Of a stretch of 64,000 nt of DNA, positions 51,639-62,175 are shown in pieces. The stretch comes from an uncultured Pseudomonadota bacterium. Lineage in GTDB: Bacteria; Pseudomonadota; Alphaproteobacteria; RF32; CAG-239. Location: assembly GCA_902793695.1 (NCBI GenBank), contig CADBEI010000010.1, positions 15,562 through 79,561 on the forward strand, written 5' to 3'. Below the pieces are notes generated by a model that saw nothing but the letters and a program-made list of their open reading frames with translations, was not told the DNA's origin and did no database searches. Numbering within the stretch: the first letter of the stretch is position 1; every line of letters begins with the position of its first letter. Both the position numbers and the translations under genes were made by a program.

Positions 51639-52781
51639 ATGTATATATGGATATTATTGGCAACGATTATGGTCGCCTTGAGTTTTTTCAACGTTGCGCC
51701 GCGTGCGGATAAAGAGCACGCGCTCAACGAGGTTAAGGCTGCCACGGTTGTTAACCGTTTTAAGGCAGAACATTCTGCGCGCCTTCATACGTTGGAGTGT
51801 GAGATAGTGTATAACCGCAACAGTCAAAGCAGCAGTGGTGCTGCCGGCTGGGACGGTGCCGACGGCAATATTAGAAGAAGTGCTTCCGGTCCGGTTGAAG
51901 TAACGGATTATGAGCCGGTTTATACGTCGCTGAAATCATATCTTCCGGTGGGATATTTAACCGGTAAAAAGAAAAAAGACGGTACCGGCGGCAACTATTC
52001 TACCAGCAATTTGCGGCAATTTGTTTATTGTTTGTCGTTGGATGCCGAAAGCGACGCTTCCTTAAAGACGGACAGCGAAGTGTTTATAGCGTGTGATGCG
52101 CAAGATGACGCCAGAACGAAAAATATCGGCGATCACCGCTATTTGGTTTCTGTTGCACCTATTCCGGACAGATGGCTGACAAAAGACGGCAGTACGAGCG
52201 AATACGGCAGTATAACGCCGTTGCCGACGTTTGTTAATCTGTTATCAAAAACTCACGATAAAACCGTTGTGTTCGGCTGGCTCGGGTTTGATGCGGATTC
52301 CGGCAAACTGAAATTGCACGGAGTCGGTTCAGTAGCATCGCGCTCAATCAAGCTGAAAAACAAAGACCATACTTTTGATGATTCGTATCAAGATACTTTT
52401 GAACAGCGTCTGGATGATAATTATAATTATAAGTCAGATTTGGACAGTAAACAAGCCGGTCATGAAAAACTGGTGGCAGAGAACATAATTCTTTCCGAAA
52501 ATTCTGCTTTATGGCGCAATCCGGTATTTGATGATTGCAAAGCGACTCCGTGTATGTTTGCTTATGAAGTATTTCCCAAAACCGATCCGGCCTGCCATTG
52601 TTATAACATATTGAAAAAATATTATGACCCTGATAATGCCGGTCGTCTGAATTTGGCCGAATGTTATAACGATGAGCAACACCCGAATATTGAAAACAAT
52701 ACACAGGTAAATGCTTTTACCAAAGATACGCTTAAAGACAGAGAATTAAGATATAAAAAATTTGAACATTATTTGAAATAA
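51639..52781 (+). CDS. Membrane-anchored hypothetical protein (about 380 aa) with an N-terminal hydrophobic helix and a Cys-containing C-terminal region. Alternative start at 51594.
   Basis: The N-terminal region is (MLQSKEVLGLLKGCA)MYIWILLATIMVALSFFNVAPRADKEHALNEV.... The next gene starts 20 nt downstream with its own RBS, implying an operon. Confidence 0.5.
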   Translation: MYIWILLATIMVALSFFNVAPRADKEHALNEVKAATVVNRFKAEHSARLHTLECEIVYNRNSQSSSGAAGWDGADGNIRRSASGPVEVTDYEPVYTSLKSYLPVGYLTGKKKKDGTGGNYSTSNLRQFVYCLSLDAESDASLKTDSEVFIACDAQDDARTKNIGDHRYLVSVAPIPDRWLTKDGSTSEYGSITPLPTFVNLLSKTHDKTVVFGWLGFDADSGKLKLHGVGSVASRSIKLKNKDHTFDDSYQDTFEQRLDDNYNYKSDLDSKQAGHEKLVAENIILSENSALWRNPVFDDCKATPCMFAYEVFPKTDPACHCYNILKKYYDPDNAGRLNLAECYNDEQHPNIENNTQVNAFTKDTLKDRELRYKKFEHYLK

Positions 52782-52804
52782 CCAACCGATTAAGGAGAAC
52801 GCCG

Positions 52805-55800
52805 ATGAAAAACTATAACAACAAAAAATCCATATTGGAGCGAGGTGGCTTGATGATAGAAGCCTTGGCCATGCTTGGATTGATAGCAGTGGTAACCCCG
52901 ACCATGTATAAAAAATCCGCGGAGCGGACGATGGAGGTTGAAGACATCAACACCGCCACCTCGATGAGGACGGTGATGAATGCGGCTGAAGCCTTTATGT
53001 CTTCAAACTATGCGGATATTATGAAAGTTATGGAAGAAGATACCACTCATCAGCATACGGTTGGAGAAGGCGATAAACAACAAACAATCGGTGTTATGGA
53101 TATTCCGCCGGAAGATTTAGCCCCATATTTGCCTTATAAATTCAGCGAAGACAGCGCTTTATTCAATTATGGTGTCCCGAAAATTCGTATTGTTCGTGCC
53201 GGCGATAATTTAACGGCGTTCGCAATGTTTCCGGCAAAAGTCGGCGGAGAAGATGGTATAGGGCAAGAGCGTACGGTGCGTATTGCATCTTTAATCGGTG
53301 CTAATGGTGGTTATGTTTCGGAAGAAAAAGCAAGAGCACGCGGTGTCGGCGGCGTGTGGAATTTGGACGGCGACTATTATAATGCGGTTTTTGACGGCAG
53401 TGATGATGAAAAGCAGTTTTCGTTGGTTACATCTTCTTCCAATGTGGTTAACGGTTCCAATGCCATGGCGGAAGCTGATCCGACCGAGTTTTTGAAGCGT
53501 ACGAAGCAAGACGGCTCCGGTTGGCGTAATGCTATGCGTACCGACTTATATATGGGTTCCGGTCCCGATAATGCTCAAGATCCGGATGACAGAGAGCATC
53601 AAAATGATTTCTTCAGCATTTATAATGTGAATGAATTGATTATCGGTGCTGATGATCAAAGTAATAAACATAAAGCTCAATTGTTGCGGAAGGCAATAAA
53701 AACCGGTGATGCCGATACGGATTTTGAGAGTTCCAAAAAAATCTCCGGCGATTACGGTTTATATATTGCCGGCAGCGGTTCCAGAGGTGAGGGCGCCGGT
53801 AATGCCTATATTAAAGGCACATTGTTGGCGGCCGGAAATCGTTTTTGGGCAGATAGCAACACTTTAAAATATACGGGTACCAATTTGGAATTTGACGGTA
53901 CCAACTTCTTTATAGGCAAAAATCAGAGTAATGATGGTCAAAATGCGGCTCATCACGTTATTTCGGGTAAGGCTGAAAAAGATAACAGCCAGTTGGCTAT
54001 TATGGGTACGCTCAAAGACAGTTCCGGCAATATGACCGGTATAGTGGATATTGCAGAAAAGGGCGATATCGGCAATTATAAGCCTAAATCAAGTGTACAA
54101 AAGAAAGCCAATGTTGTGATTAATACAACAAACAAGGGTACCGGCGGTGCGGACGTTGAGGCACCGAAATATTCGGCAGATGATAAAGCGCCGGAGTTCG
54201 GGGTTGATGTTTCCGGCAATATGGTGGTTGAAGGTGTGTTGGCGGCAGGTCAGCTCGATGTTAACAAAATTCGCACTTCAAGTATTTCCGTAGGTTCGGA
54301 AAATATTGATGATGAATATAAATGGATGGATGTTGATAAAGACGGTGTACACGTTCATCAACCGGCAAGCGGTGCTTATAAAGGTACGCAGATTGAAGCT
54401 CGCGACAAACTTATTACAATGCGTGTCGGCGGTAATAATGCCATTGAGAAAAATACCGATAGCAATGCTATTGAGAAAGATACCGAAGTACAAATTGTAA
54501 TGGATGCCGACAAGGGTATTACCGAAAGAGTGACGAAAGGTAAGAAAGTGGCGGTTGCTTCCGGTAATTTAGGTGTGAATATTGAAGAAAAAGACAGTAA
54601 CAGAAACATCAATATCGGTACAGCCGATGACAGCGGTATTGTAAACGGTACCGGCAACAGCAGCGACGCCGATTATCAAGTAAGCTTCAGTAAGAATGCC
54701 GATATAAACGTAAATGCCGGCAACTTGAAGATAAGTGACGGCAGCAATCCGGTGTTTACTGTTCGCGGTAAAGGTGCCGACGGCGGAAGTATTACCGATG
54801 ATTTAACCGGTAATGACGGCGATGACTATAATATAGCCGGTCACGGAAACACAGTGTTTACGGATAAAGGTGCAAACAGCAATAAGTATTTATCAATGAG
54901 AAGAAGTTTGCCGGAAAATACAAATGAACACGCCGCAGTGAATATTATCAGAGGCAAACAGGACAGCGGTACCTCCGATCAAGGCAGAGGCTTGGTTTAT
55001 GTTGATATGGATGACAGAGCTTCCGATGCATATGCTGAAGTGCAAGTGAATACAAGCAGCAGTTACGGGGATAAAGGAGTCAATGCAAAAAGTACTAGAT
55101 CTGATGCAAATATATTGGCCGGCGGTATTTATATCCGTAAAGGTTTGATTGATATTGTGCCGGATTCCGGTGCATCAAATTCCGGATTTGGAGATACTGC
55201 GTCCAGCAATAATTATTTGATTGGTTCATATAATGCAGATGACGGAATGGGTGTGATTCGCGCCAGTCGCTTTGTTGCCAATAACGTGACAACATCCGGT
55301 AAGCGGGTGATGGTGCCGGAGTTTTTCAATAGTGCACTTTATCAGGAATATAATGGTGCGGATGGGAATACTCGTTATGATACTTATATGGTAAATCCGG
55401 CTTATACATCAGTGATGAACGATATTAAACTGGTTTCGCGCGGTGGTGCTCGTTTGAGCGATATTCTGCCGGTGTTTATTACCAAAGGTATTTATACCGC
55501 GGTTAACAATAAGTCGGAAGATGTATATAAGCCGAGAATGCTTGATGCGAGTACAAGTGATTTATACATTAAAGATGACGGTACATTGAGTATTATGAAT
55601 GCAGGCGGAAATTATTATATTGATGAACCGGCGTCGCCGATTATCGGCGTGGTGCCGGCGCCGCAGTGTCCTCCGGGATATGCGCGTATGATTACGGTTA
55701 CGCCGGCGAGTATTCGTATGTCTGAAGCCGGTAGATTTAAGAATCCGATTGGCAACAGTTCGAATTTCAAACGCATGAGGATAGATGTGGATGACTTTAC

Positions 55801-57133
55801 CAACCCGTCCGTCGGCGGATATTGGATTGATAATCAAGGCACAAGACGACATATTGATGACCTTAACGCAACAGAAGGAGCATTTGATCCAAGCAGTCCG
55901 AATTATGTGAATCCGTCACAAATACATGCCGAAGGTATGGCAAATCAGTTATATATCGGTCTTGTGAGTACGGCAACAAGTACGGAAGGCCAGAACGGCT
56001 TGACAGACGCGACAAAGATGAATCCGGTTTATCAACCGGGAGTGCATTTGGTCGGCGGCAGTGAAAAATGGTCTGCTACCAATGCCGAAGGATATGACCA
56101 TCATATGGAAATGACAGTGGCTAACAGAGATTATAATTTTGATAGTGAAGAGGGTATTCCTTTGGAGATAGATGGCAATGGTTTTATGCCGAGTTCCAAA
56201 CTGGAAAAATTAACGCCAAGCGGAAAGCGGAGAATTGTGTCGGATGAAGATCGTCGTAATTCTACCGGTGGTAATTTTGGTTCCGTAGTTTCACACAAAA
56301 TTACCGAGGTAAACAACGGTGTGGCAAATGTATATAACAGCAAGAACCCTAAGGATACGGCTGCACAAATGATATATGGCAAAACCGCCAACGTTATATC
56401 CAATGACGCCAACTCGCAGATATTAAGTATTCAGGATATGTATTACGAAAATAATGCTGTTAAAGTTCAGCCGCGTCACTATAAACTGAAGCAGGATATT
56501 GATATTTCCGGTACGCGTATTTTGGCCGATACAATCAGAAATGTTGAATTTGAGGATAGAAACGGTGCATCGGTTTATATGCTGACATCAAGAGATCCGA
56601 ATGCTTTTGAGCCGATCACTTTCCAAAAGAGTACTTGGTTGAAATCAATGGCTATTCCTTTGTCTAAACGGGGTAAATATTCCAATAACTCGAGTTCGTA
56701 TGCTACCGGTTGGGCAATATTGATGGGCTTTATTTATCCGCGTTTTGCTTATGCAAACATTTTGCAAGCGCTTAATGTGGCACAAAATTATCAGAAACTT
56801 CCGACTTATGAGACTTCTACCAAGAGGTATCGCGGCGGTTATGATGAGCATGAGCGCAGATCACACAGAATAACCAACAATGAGGAATACTTCTTCTGGA
56901 ACGTATTTCCGGTGGAACAGGAAAGCTTGGAAGCGTTTGTGACGACATATTGCTACTTTGATCAGGATAACAGAGCGTTCGAAATGTTTAATAACAGCAC
57001 CGATGTTAAAAATCATTTGCCGATGATTGACTATATCGGTACGTTTACCGAAGGATATGAGCCTGAGGGAGAGAATAAAAAGTATCGTCAACGTTTGAAC
57101 GATCCGTCAATGAAATATAACGAATTGTGGTAA
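52805..57133 (+). CDS. Giant (1442 aa) protein with a prepilin-like or TadE/Flp-like class III signal N-terminus
   Basis: AAGGAG RBS. The N-terminus is MKNYNNKKSILERGG|LMIEALAMLGLIAVVTPTMYKKSAERTMEVEDINTATSMRTVMNAAEAF. It has a short basic leader ending in GG, then Glu at +4 or +5, then a 20-aa hydrophobic helix, then an amphipathic helix. This resembles type IV pilin and Tad pseudopilin N-termini. The remainder is Gly/Asn/Asp-rich with no beta-barrel signature. Confidence 0.55.
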   Translation: MKNYNNKKSILERGGLMIEALAMLGLIAVVTPTMYKKSAERTMEVEDINTATSMRTVMNAAEAFMSSNYADIMKVMEEDTTHQHTVGEGDKQQTIGVMDIPPEDLAPYLPYKFSEDSALFNYGVPKIRIVRAGDNLTAFAMFPAKVGGEDGIGQERTVRIASLIGANGGYVSEEKARARGVGGVWNLDGDYYNAVFDGSDDEKQFSLVTSSSNVVNGSNAMAEADPTEFLKRTKQDGSGWRNAMRTDLYMGSGPDNAQDPDDREHQNDFFSIYNVNELIIGADDQSNKHKAQLLRKAIKTGDADTDFESSKKISGDYGLYIAGSGSRGEGAGNAYIKGTLLAAGNRFWADSNTLKYTGTNLEFDGTNFFIGKNQSNDGQNAAHHVISGKAEKDNSQLAIMGTLKDSSGNMTGIVDIAEKGDIGNYKPKSSVQKKANVVINTTNKGTGGADVEAPKYSADDKAPEFGVDVSGNMVVEGVLAAGQLDVNKIRTSSISVGSENIDDEYKWMDVDKDGVHVHQPASGAYKGTQIEARDKLITMRVGGNNAIEKNTDSNAIEKDTEVQIVMDADKGITERVTKGKKVAVASGNLGVNIEEKDSNRNINIGTADDSGIVNGTGNSSDADYQVSFSKNADINVNAGNLKISDGSNPVFTVRGKGADGGSITDDLTGNDGDDYNIAGHGNTVFTDKGANSNKYLSMRRSLPENTNEHAAVNIIRGKQDSGTSDQGRGLVYVDMDDRASDAYAEVQVNTSSSYGDKGVNAKSTRSDANILAGGIYIRKGLIDIVPDSGASNSGFGDTASSNNYLIGSYNADDGMGVIRASRFVANNVTTSGKRVMVPEFFNSALYQEYNGADGNTRYDTYMVNPAYTSVMNDIKLVSRGGARLSDILPVFITKGIYTAVNNKSEDVYKPRMLDASTSDLYIKDDGTLSIMNAGGNYYIDEPASPIIGVVPAPQCPPGYARMITVTPASIRMSEAGRFKNPIGNSSNFKRMRIDVDDFTNPSVGGYWIDNQGTRRHIDDLNATEGAFDPSSPNYVNPSQIHAEGMANQLYIGLVSTATSTEGQNGLTDATKMNPVYQPGVHLVGGSEKWSATNAEGYDHHMEMTVANRDYNFDSEEGIPLEIDGNGFMPSSKLEKLTPSGKRRIVSDEDRRNSTGGNFGSVVSHKITEVNNGVANVYNSKNPKDTAAQMIYGKTANVISNDANSQILSIQDMYYENNAVKVQPRHYKLKQDIDISGTRILADTIRNVEFEDRNGASVYMLTSRDPNAFEPITFQKSTWLKSMAIPLSKRGKYSNNSSSYATGWAILMGFIYPRFAYANILQALNVAQNYQKLPTYETSTKRYRGGYDEHERRSHRITNNEEYFFWNVFPVEQESLEAFVTTYCYFDQDNRAFEMFNNSTDVKNHLPMIDYIGTFTEGYEPEGENKKYRQRLNDPSMKYNELW

Positions 57134-57264
57134 TATTGTCTTGATGATAACGCCGGTTTGAGATTTGTCAGACCGGCGTTTTTTTGTATATAGCTTGAAA
57201 AATGCTTGCTTTAATCGTTATTTGCGGCTATTTTCTTATTAAGAATTAACTCGAGGAGAGAATT

Positions 57265-60200
57265 ATGCAAAAAAAATTAGCATTTATGACAGGCGTAATA
57301 ACATTGCTGAATGTTTTTCCGGCTTTGGCTACGGATGAATATTCGGTTGTCGGTGATAATTATTCACATAAATTTACGGTGTATAACGAAGGCGAAAAAC
57401 TGGTTGTCGGCGATAAAACATTCAAAAGTCCGTTTACCATTGAAAAAAGATATTTGGAAGCAATGTGGACTGCGGCAAATAAATGGACAACCGTCGTGGA
57501 AACATCCGAGCCGAAACCGACCGCGGGTTATGCCTTATTCTCCTTGGATGATTATAATGCCTCGGCAAGCAGTCCGTATGTGGAAATAAAAGATTTTTCG
57601 TATCGGGTGACATATATCAATGCCGTGATAAACAATAAAGAGATTATTGAAGATGAAGATGACGACGACGAGGAGGAGGATCTTCCGGACGGAATCAACG
57701 GCTTTATCGAAATAGGTTACGGTGTTGATGAGGATAATCCGGGGTGGCAGGAATACAGCGGATTGCATTCTTTGTTGCATAATCAGCCCTTGGCGGATTT
57801 ACACACAGTGCTGTTGCACGAAGTTATGCATTCGCTCGGTATAACCTCCGACGTTTCTCAACAGCGTGAAAAAAGTGCTGACCCTAAAGGTTATTATTTT
57901 ACGGAAAAAGACAGCGAAAGTCTGTCGGTGTGGGATAAGGACTTAAGGCTTTATACCGGCGATTATGATATGTTTTATGATGATGATGAAATTGTTCCGG
58001 CATCAACAATGGCGGTCGGAAAAGACAGAGATTTCGATGTGTTTAAGTATTCTCCGTACCTTGTCAGCGAAACAACGCTTAAGGTTTTGAGCGGAAAAGA
58101 TAACTATAACGATGCGCGGGTGGCCATAATTCAAAACGGCGGTCTGACCAATTATTCGATCAGCTATGATAACATAGATACGCGTCCGCAGGTATTCGGG
58201 TTGCCGATACATAATGCCGATAATGATGAGATTGATTTATCGCATATTGAGTTGCGCAACAGCTTTATGTCGCACCAAAGTTTTCGTAACTGGCTGGTGC
58301 CGATGGAGGCGGAATTGGCGGTTTTGAAAGATATCGGGTATGACATTGATTTGCGCAAATTCTTCGGTAAATCATATTATTTGAATGAAATAACCGATAA
58401 TTTCGCTACCGGATATTCCGAATGGAACGGCAGTGCTTATACCGGTATCCCGAGTACGGTGGCTCAAGGTGTGGGTTTACATATTTACGGAAACAATAAT
58501 AATATTACGCAAACTTCGGATATATTGACTGCGGGCGACGGTTCTTTCGGTGTCAGAATTGATGGTGTGAGCAATAAATATACACTCGGCGGTGGCAGTA
58601 TTATAGCGGCAAACGGTAAAGAAAATCTGGGAATTGCCGTCACGTGGGGCAAAAATCACATAATAAATGTTGCAAAAAATGCCGAGGTAACGGCAGCGGG
58701 AGATGACGGTATTGCCGTTGCATTTGATTTTGGGGATAATATGTTCGGCAATTTAGACGATGACCGCGGTTCGTACTTCAATTATTATAGCGGATCTAAC
58801 AGAGTGCCGACAAAAGAAACCGACGAAGCTTTGGTTAAACAATTCAATGTTGCCGGAACGCTGAACGGAACTTCGGCGGCAATTTATATTGCGGATAATG
58901 CGCACGTCGAGCAAATAAATATTTTGAACGGCGCTTATATCAACGGCGATATTCTTTCCGATTGGAACTCGGAAAAATCAGGACCAAAGGCCAGAATTTT
59001 GCGAAAAGACGGCGACGAATGGGCATATGTTGATATTAATGACGAATCGCAAATATATTTTACCGATATCAATATTGATGCGGGTTTTTCCGGTATTATT
59101 AACGGTAGTATCAACGGCGAAACAGAAAAAATCAACACTTTCAGATTGAACAATGCCGGCGCGGTAGATTTCAAGGGTAAAGAATTGGCGGTTTATACCG
59201 TTGATAATTCCGGCACGATTGATATTGAGGATGCATCTGTGTCCGTATATAAGGGGACAATCAGCGGCAACGGCGTAATTAATGTTGCCGATAATTTGCG
59301 TTTGGATTCCTCTGTTGAGCAAATAGAAAATGTTGTGAATTTGCAAAACGGTGCGTTGTTTTCAACCGTAAACGGAGATGTCGGTACGGTGGAAATTGCG
59401 CGATTAAATGCCGATGATGCGCTTATTTCTTTTGATTTGGGCGATAAATATGATTTGCAAAATGTTTCGCAAAAAAATACGGCAGCGATATCGCAAATTA
59501 TTTTAAAAATGGAAAATGCCGACACTTTGCAAGACGGTGCAATTTATGAGTTGTTTGAAGATGCCGATAAGGCGCTCGATTTAGGCGATTCATTCGGTAA
59601 TGTTTATTATAACAATAAAAAATATTACATTACGCAAGATGCTCAACACAAAAACTTATTGCGCGCCAGAATGTCTGATGAAAAAGTTTCGTTGCATGAG
59701 GCGGTGGAAAATGAATCGGCCGCCAATTACATCATTACCGATGACGGTAAACAAAATGAAGATGTCGGTACGGTTCACGGCGATTATTTCGAAATCAGCG
59801 GTAATGATATTGATGTGAACGGATACAGTGGTTTGGTTGCAGACGGGGAAACAAATAAGGAAAAAACCGTGCTTAAAACCGGTATTTTCGGGGCAAAAGA
59901 CAGTGATGTCAGTGTGGTAAACAAAGGTAATCTGGAGGTTGTTGCACAAGATAAGGAAATTACACTCGGACAACAGGGTGAAAGTGCAATTTATATCAAT
60001 AACGGTAAAGTAACGCTTGATGCGCGTGATAATGCCATCAATGTTGCCGGAGCGATAACGGGTGAGCAAAACGGTGATAATTTAATTAAAGCGCAGGGTG
60101 AGTCCGTGTCGGTGAATGAGGTTGATAATGTCGGTATTGCGGCGTTGAGTACCGAATTGAATATGAACGGTGCGGCGCAAAATACTGTTTTGGTATCAAG

Positions 60201-61590
60201 TTACAGCGAAATAAATGTTGCCGACGACGGGTTTTTGGCGGCTGACGGCAGCAATGAGCTTTCGGTTGTCGGCGGAAGAATCAATCTGCTGAACGGGAAA
60301 GCGTCGCCGATTACCTTAAATAAAATGGAAACGGAAGACAATGTGTCTCTGAATATTGATATTGATTTGGCGAGTTTGACGGCAGACCATTTTGTTTTGC
60401 CGGATAAAAATGATTTGAATGCCGGTAATTCTCGTCTTGTCATAAGTAAGGTAAATCCGCTAAATCAAGATACCGCTTTGACCGCCGAGAAAATACAAAT
60501 ACCGTTCATTACCGAAGAATTCAATAACGAAAATTTGTCGGGCAAAGTTAGAGTTACGGCTTTATCAGCGTTGCTTACGCCGATTTTCAAATATGATATG
60601 GCATACAATGAAGATAACCAAAACGGCAATTTTGTATTGAAAAGAGGTAATGCCTCGCAATATGGCAGCTATAATCCGGCGATTATGGTGGCTCCGGTCG
60701 CGGCTTTGGGGGGATATTTAACACAATTGAATGTGTATGATACGGCTCTCAATAACATCGGAGGAGATAATCCGATATCAGGTTCTCAAACGTATTATCA
60801 GGGGCAAAGAACCATTATGCCGGACAAATCGCTGTGGATTAAGCCGTCATCATATTTTGAAAAAGTCAATTTGAAAGGCGGTCCGGAAATTAAAGATAAT
60901 ATGTACGATGTCTATGCCGGAATTGATTCGTCGATCGTGCGGACTTTCGGCAACGGTGGTTTCAATTACGGAATGTATGTCGGGTATAATTATTCGCGGC
61001 AGAAATATGACGGAAACACAATTCGTCAAAAGGGCGGAACATTCGGCTTGGCAACGCGTTTTTATGTGAATAACTGGTTTAATATCGCAACAGCCACCGT
61101 TGGTTTGGATAAGGCCGAGGCTTCTACAATGTACGGTAAGGAAGATTTTGATATTTACAGATACGGTATTGCCGATAAAATAGGATTTAATTGGCAGCCG
61201 CAAAAGAGAAATTTGATAATTCAGCCGAATTTGCAATTGGGCTATACGACAATAAAAACTTCAAATTATCATAATGCGGCGAATGTCAAAATTAATTCGG
61301 AAAAGTTGCATGCGTTCAATATTGCTCCGGGAATAAAACTGGCCGGTAATTTGATGAACGGTTGGCAACCGTATGCCGAATTGAAAATGGTGTGGAACAT
61401 AATGAATGATACAAAATTTGAGGCGCAACACATTAATTTACCGGAGATGAGTGTTAAGCCGTATGCGCAATACGGAATAGGTGTTCAAAAAACTGGTTAC
61501 GGCCGACTCTCGGGCTATGGACAGATTGATTTATTGAGCGGCGGCAGAAAAGGTGTCGACTTAACCGCCGGAATAAAATGGGCGTTTTAG
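57265..61590 (+). CDS. Autotransporter (1441 aa) with a Sec signal, an HEXXH zinc-metallopeptidase-like motif in the passenger, an acidic stretch and a C-terminal beta-barrel translocator
   Basis: Signal MQKKLAFMTGVITLLNVFPALA. HEVMHSLGITSD at aa 185-196 (nt 57817-57852). Acidic stretch EDEDDDDEEEDL. C-terminal 280 aa with alternating hydrophobic residues ending ...GIKWAF. Confidence 0.7.
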   Translation: MQKKLAFMTGVITLLNVFPALATDEYSVVGDNYSHKFTVYNEGEKLVVGDKTFKSPFTIEKRYLEAMWTAANKWTTVVETSEPKPTAGYALFSLDDYNASASSPYVEIKDFSYRVTYINAVINNKEIIEDEDDDDEEEDLPDGINGFIEIGYGVDEDNPGWQEYSGLHSLLHNQPLADLHTVLLHEVMHSLGITSDVSQQREKSADPKGYYFTEKDSESLSVWDKDLRLYTGDYDMFYDDDEIVPASTMAVGKDRDFDVFKYSPYLVSETTLKVLSGKDNYNDARVAIIQNGGLTNYSISYDNIDTRPQVFGLPIHNADNDEIDLSHIELRNSFMSHQSFRNWLVPMEAELAVLKDIGYDIDLRKFFGKSYYLNEITDNFATGYSEWNGSAYTGIPSTVAQGVGLHIYGNNNNITQTSDILTAGDGSFGVRIDGVSNKYTLGGGSIIAANGKENLGIAVTWGKNHIINVAKNAEVTAAGDDGIAVAFDFGDNMFGNLDDDRGSYFNYYSGSNRVPTKETDEALVKQFNVAGTLNGTSAAIYIADNAHVEQINILNGAYINGDILSDWNSEKSGPKARILRKDGDEWAYVDINDESQIYFTDINIDAGFSGIINGSINGETEKINTFRLNNAGAVDFKGKELAVYTVDNSGTIDIEDASVSVYKGTISGNGVINVADNLRLDSSVEQIENVVNLQNGALFSTVNGDVGTVEIARLNADDALISFDLGDKYDLQNVSQKNTAAISQIILKMENADTLQDGAIYELFEDADKALDLGDSFGNVYYNNKKYYITQDAQHKNLLRARMSDEKVSLHEAVENESAANYIITDDGKQNEDVGTVHGDYFEISGNDIDVNGYSGLVADGETNKEKTVLKTGIFGAKDSDVSVVNKGNLEVVAQDKEITLGQQGESAIYINNGKVTLDARDNAINVAGAITGEQNGDNLIKAQGESVSVNEVDNVGIAALSTELNMNGAAQNTVLVSSYSEINVADDGFLAADGSNELSVVGGRINLLNGKASPITLNKMETEDNVSLNIDIDLASLTADHFVLPDKNDLNAGNSRLVISKVNPLNQDTALTAEKIQIPFITEEFNNENLSGKVRVTALSALLTPIFKYDMAYNEDNQNGNFVLKRGNASQYGSYNPAIMVAPVAALGGYLTQLNVYDTALNNIGGDNPISGSQTYYQGQRTIMPDKSLWIKPSSYFEKVNLKGGPEIKDNMYDVYAGIDSSIVRTFGNGGFNYGMYVGYNYSRQKYDGNTIRQKGGTFGLATRFYVNNWFNIATATVGLDKAEASTMYGKEDFDIYRYGIADKIGFNWQPQKRNLIIQPNLQLGYTTIKTSNYHNAANVKINSEKLHAFNIAPGIKLAGNLMNGWQPYAELKMVWNIMNDTKFEAQHINLPEMSVKPYAQYGIGVQKTGYGRLSGYGQIDLLSGGRKGVDLTAGIKWAF

Positions 61591-61818
61591 CAATTATTAA
61601 TAGTCCTAAAAAAGGGTTATTGCATTTAATCGCTAAAAAAGATGAAACCGTGCAAATTTCGTTTTGCGGTTATATGATTGGATAAGACTGTTGACATTCA
61701 AGCCTGACCATTATAAAAATATAAGAGTCAACAACAAAACAAGAATGTAGAATTCTTAATCAAGCACTCGGGAAAGCAATCTTGCCTTTGTACTTGATAT
61801 TTTATAAGAGGACTGTGC

Positions 61819-62118
61819 ATGAAAAAACTTTTAATTTGTATCGGGCTTGCCTTAACGCTATCAGCTTGTGGCAGTGACCATGTTATTCGTTTTAATCTCA
61901 ATCCGCAACAAAATGCAGATACCAAACCGGCATACGAGGGCAGAAGCCACTTCTTCTTCTGGGGAATGTGGCAGAAGACGGATTATAATTTGGCGAACGT
62001 ATGCTATCCGAGAGGTATCAGCGCCATAGATGCCCATTGGACATTCTATGATTCTCTGATGGGAGGTTTAACTATGGGAATTTATGCGCCGGAGAGCTAT
62101 TCGGTTTATTGTAATTAA
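61819..62118 (+). CDS. Bor/Iss-family outer-membrane lipoprotein (phage-lambda Bor-like, serum-resistance family)
   Basis: Lipobox LTLSAC. HFFFWGMWQ...NVCYPRGISAIDA...GGLTMGIYAPESYSVYC parallels lambda Bor HHFFVSGIGQ...ICGG...LLGFITLGIYTPLEARVYC. Confidence 0.65.
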   Translation: MKKLLICIGLALTLSACGSDHVIRFNLNPQQNADTKPAYEGRSHFFFWGMWQKTDYNLANVCYPRGISAIDAHWTFYDSLMGGLTMGIYAPESYSVYCN

Positions 62119-62135
62119 TTACGAAATCTGTATTA

Positions 62136-62175
62136 AAGAGCATAACCAAGCAAGAGTGTTATGCTCTTTTTTTAT
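62136..62175. terminator. Bidirectional rho-independent terminator
   Basis: agagcataac-caagcaagagt-gttatgctct followed by T7. Confidence 0.55.

Noticed and set aside
61600-62130. Prophage boundary near the Bor gene
   Set aside because: No integrase, phage structural genes or att repeats are visible within the window. Bor alone is insufficient to call a prophage.
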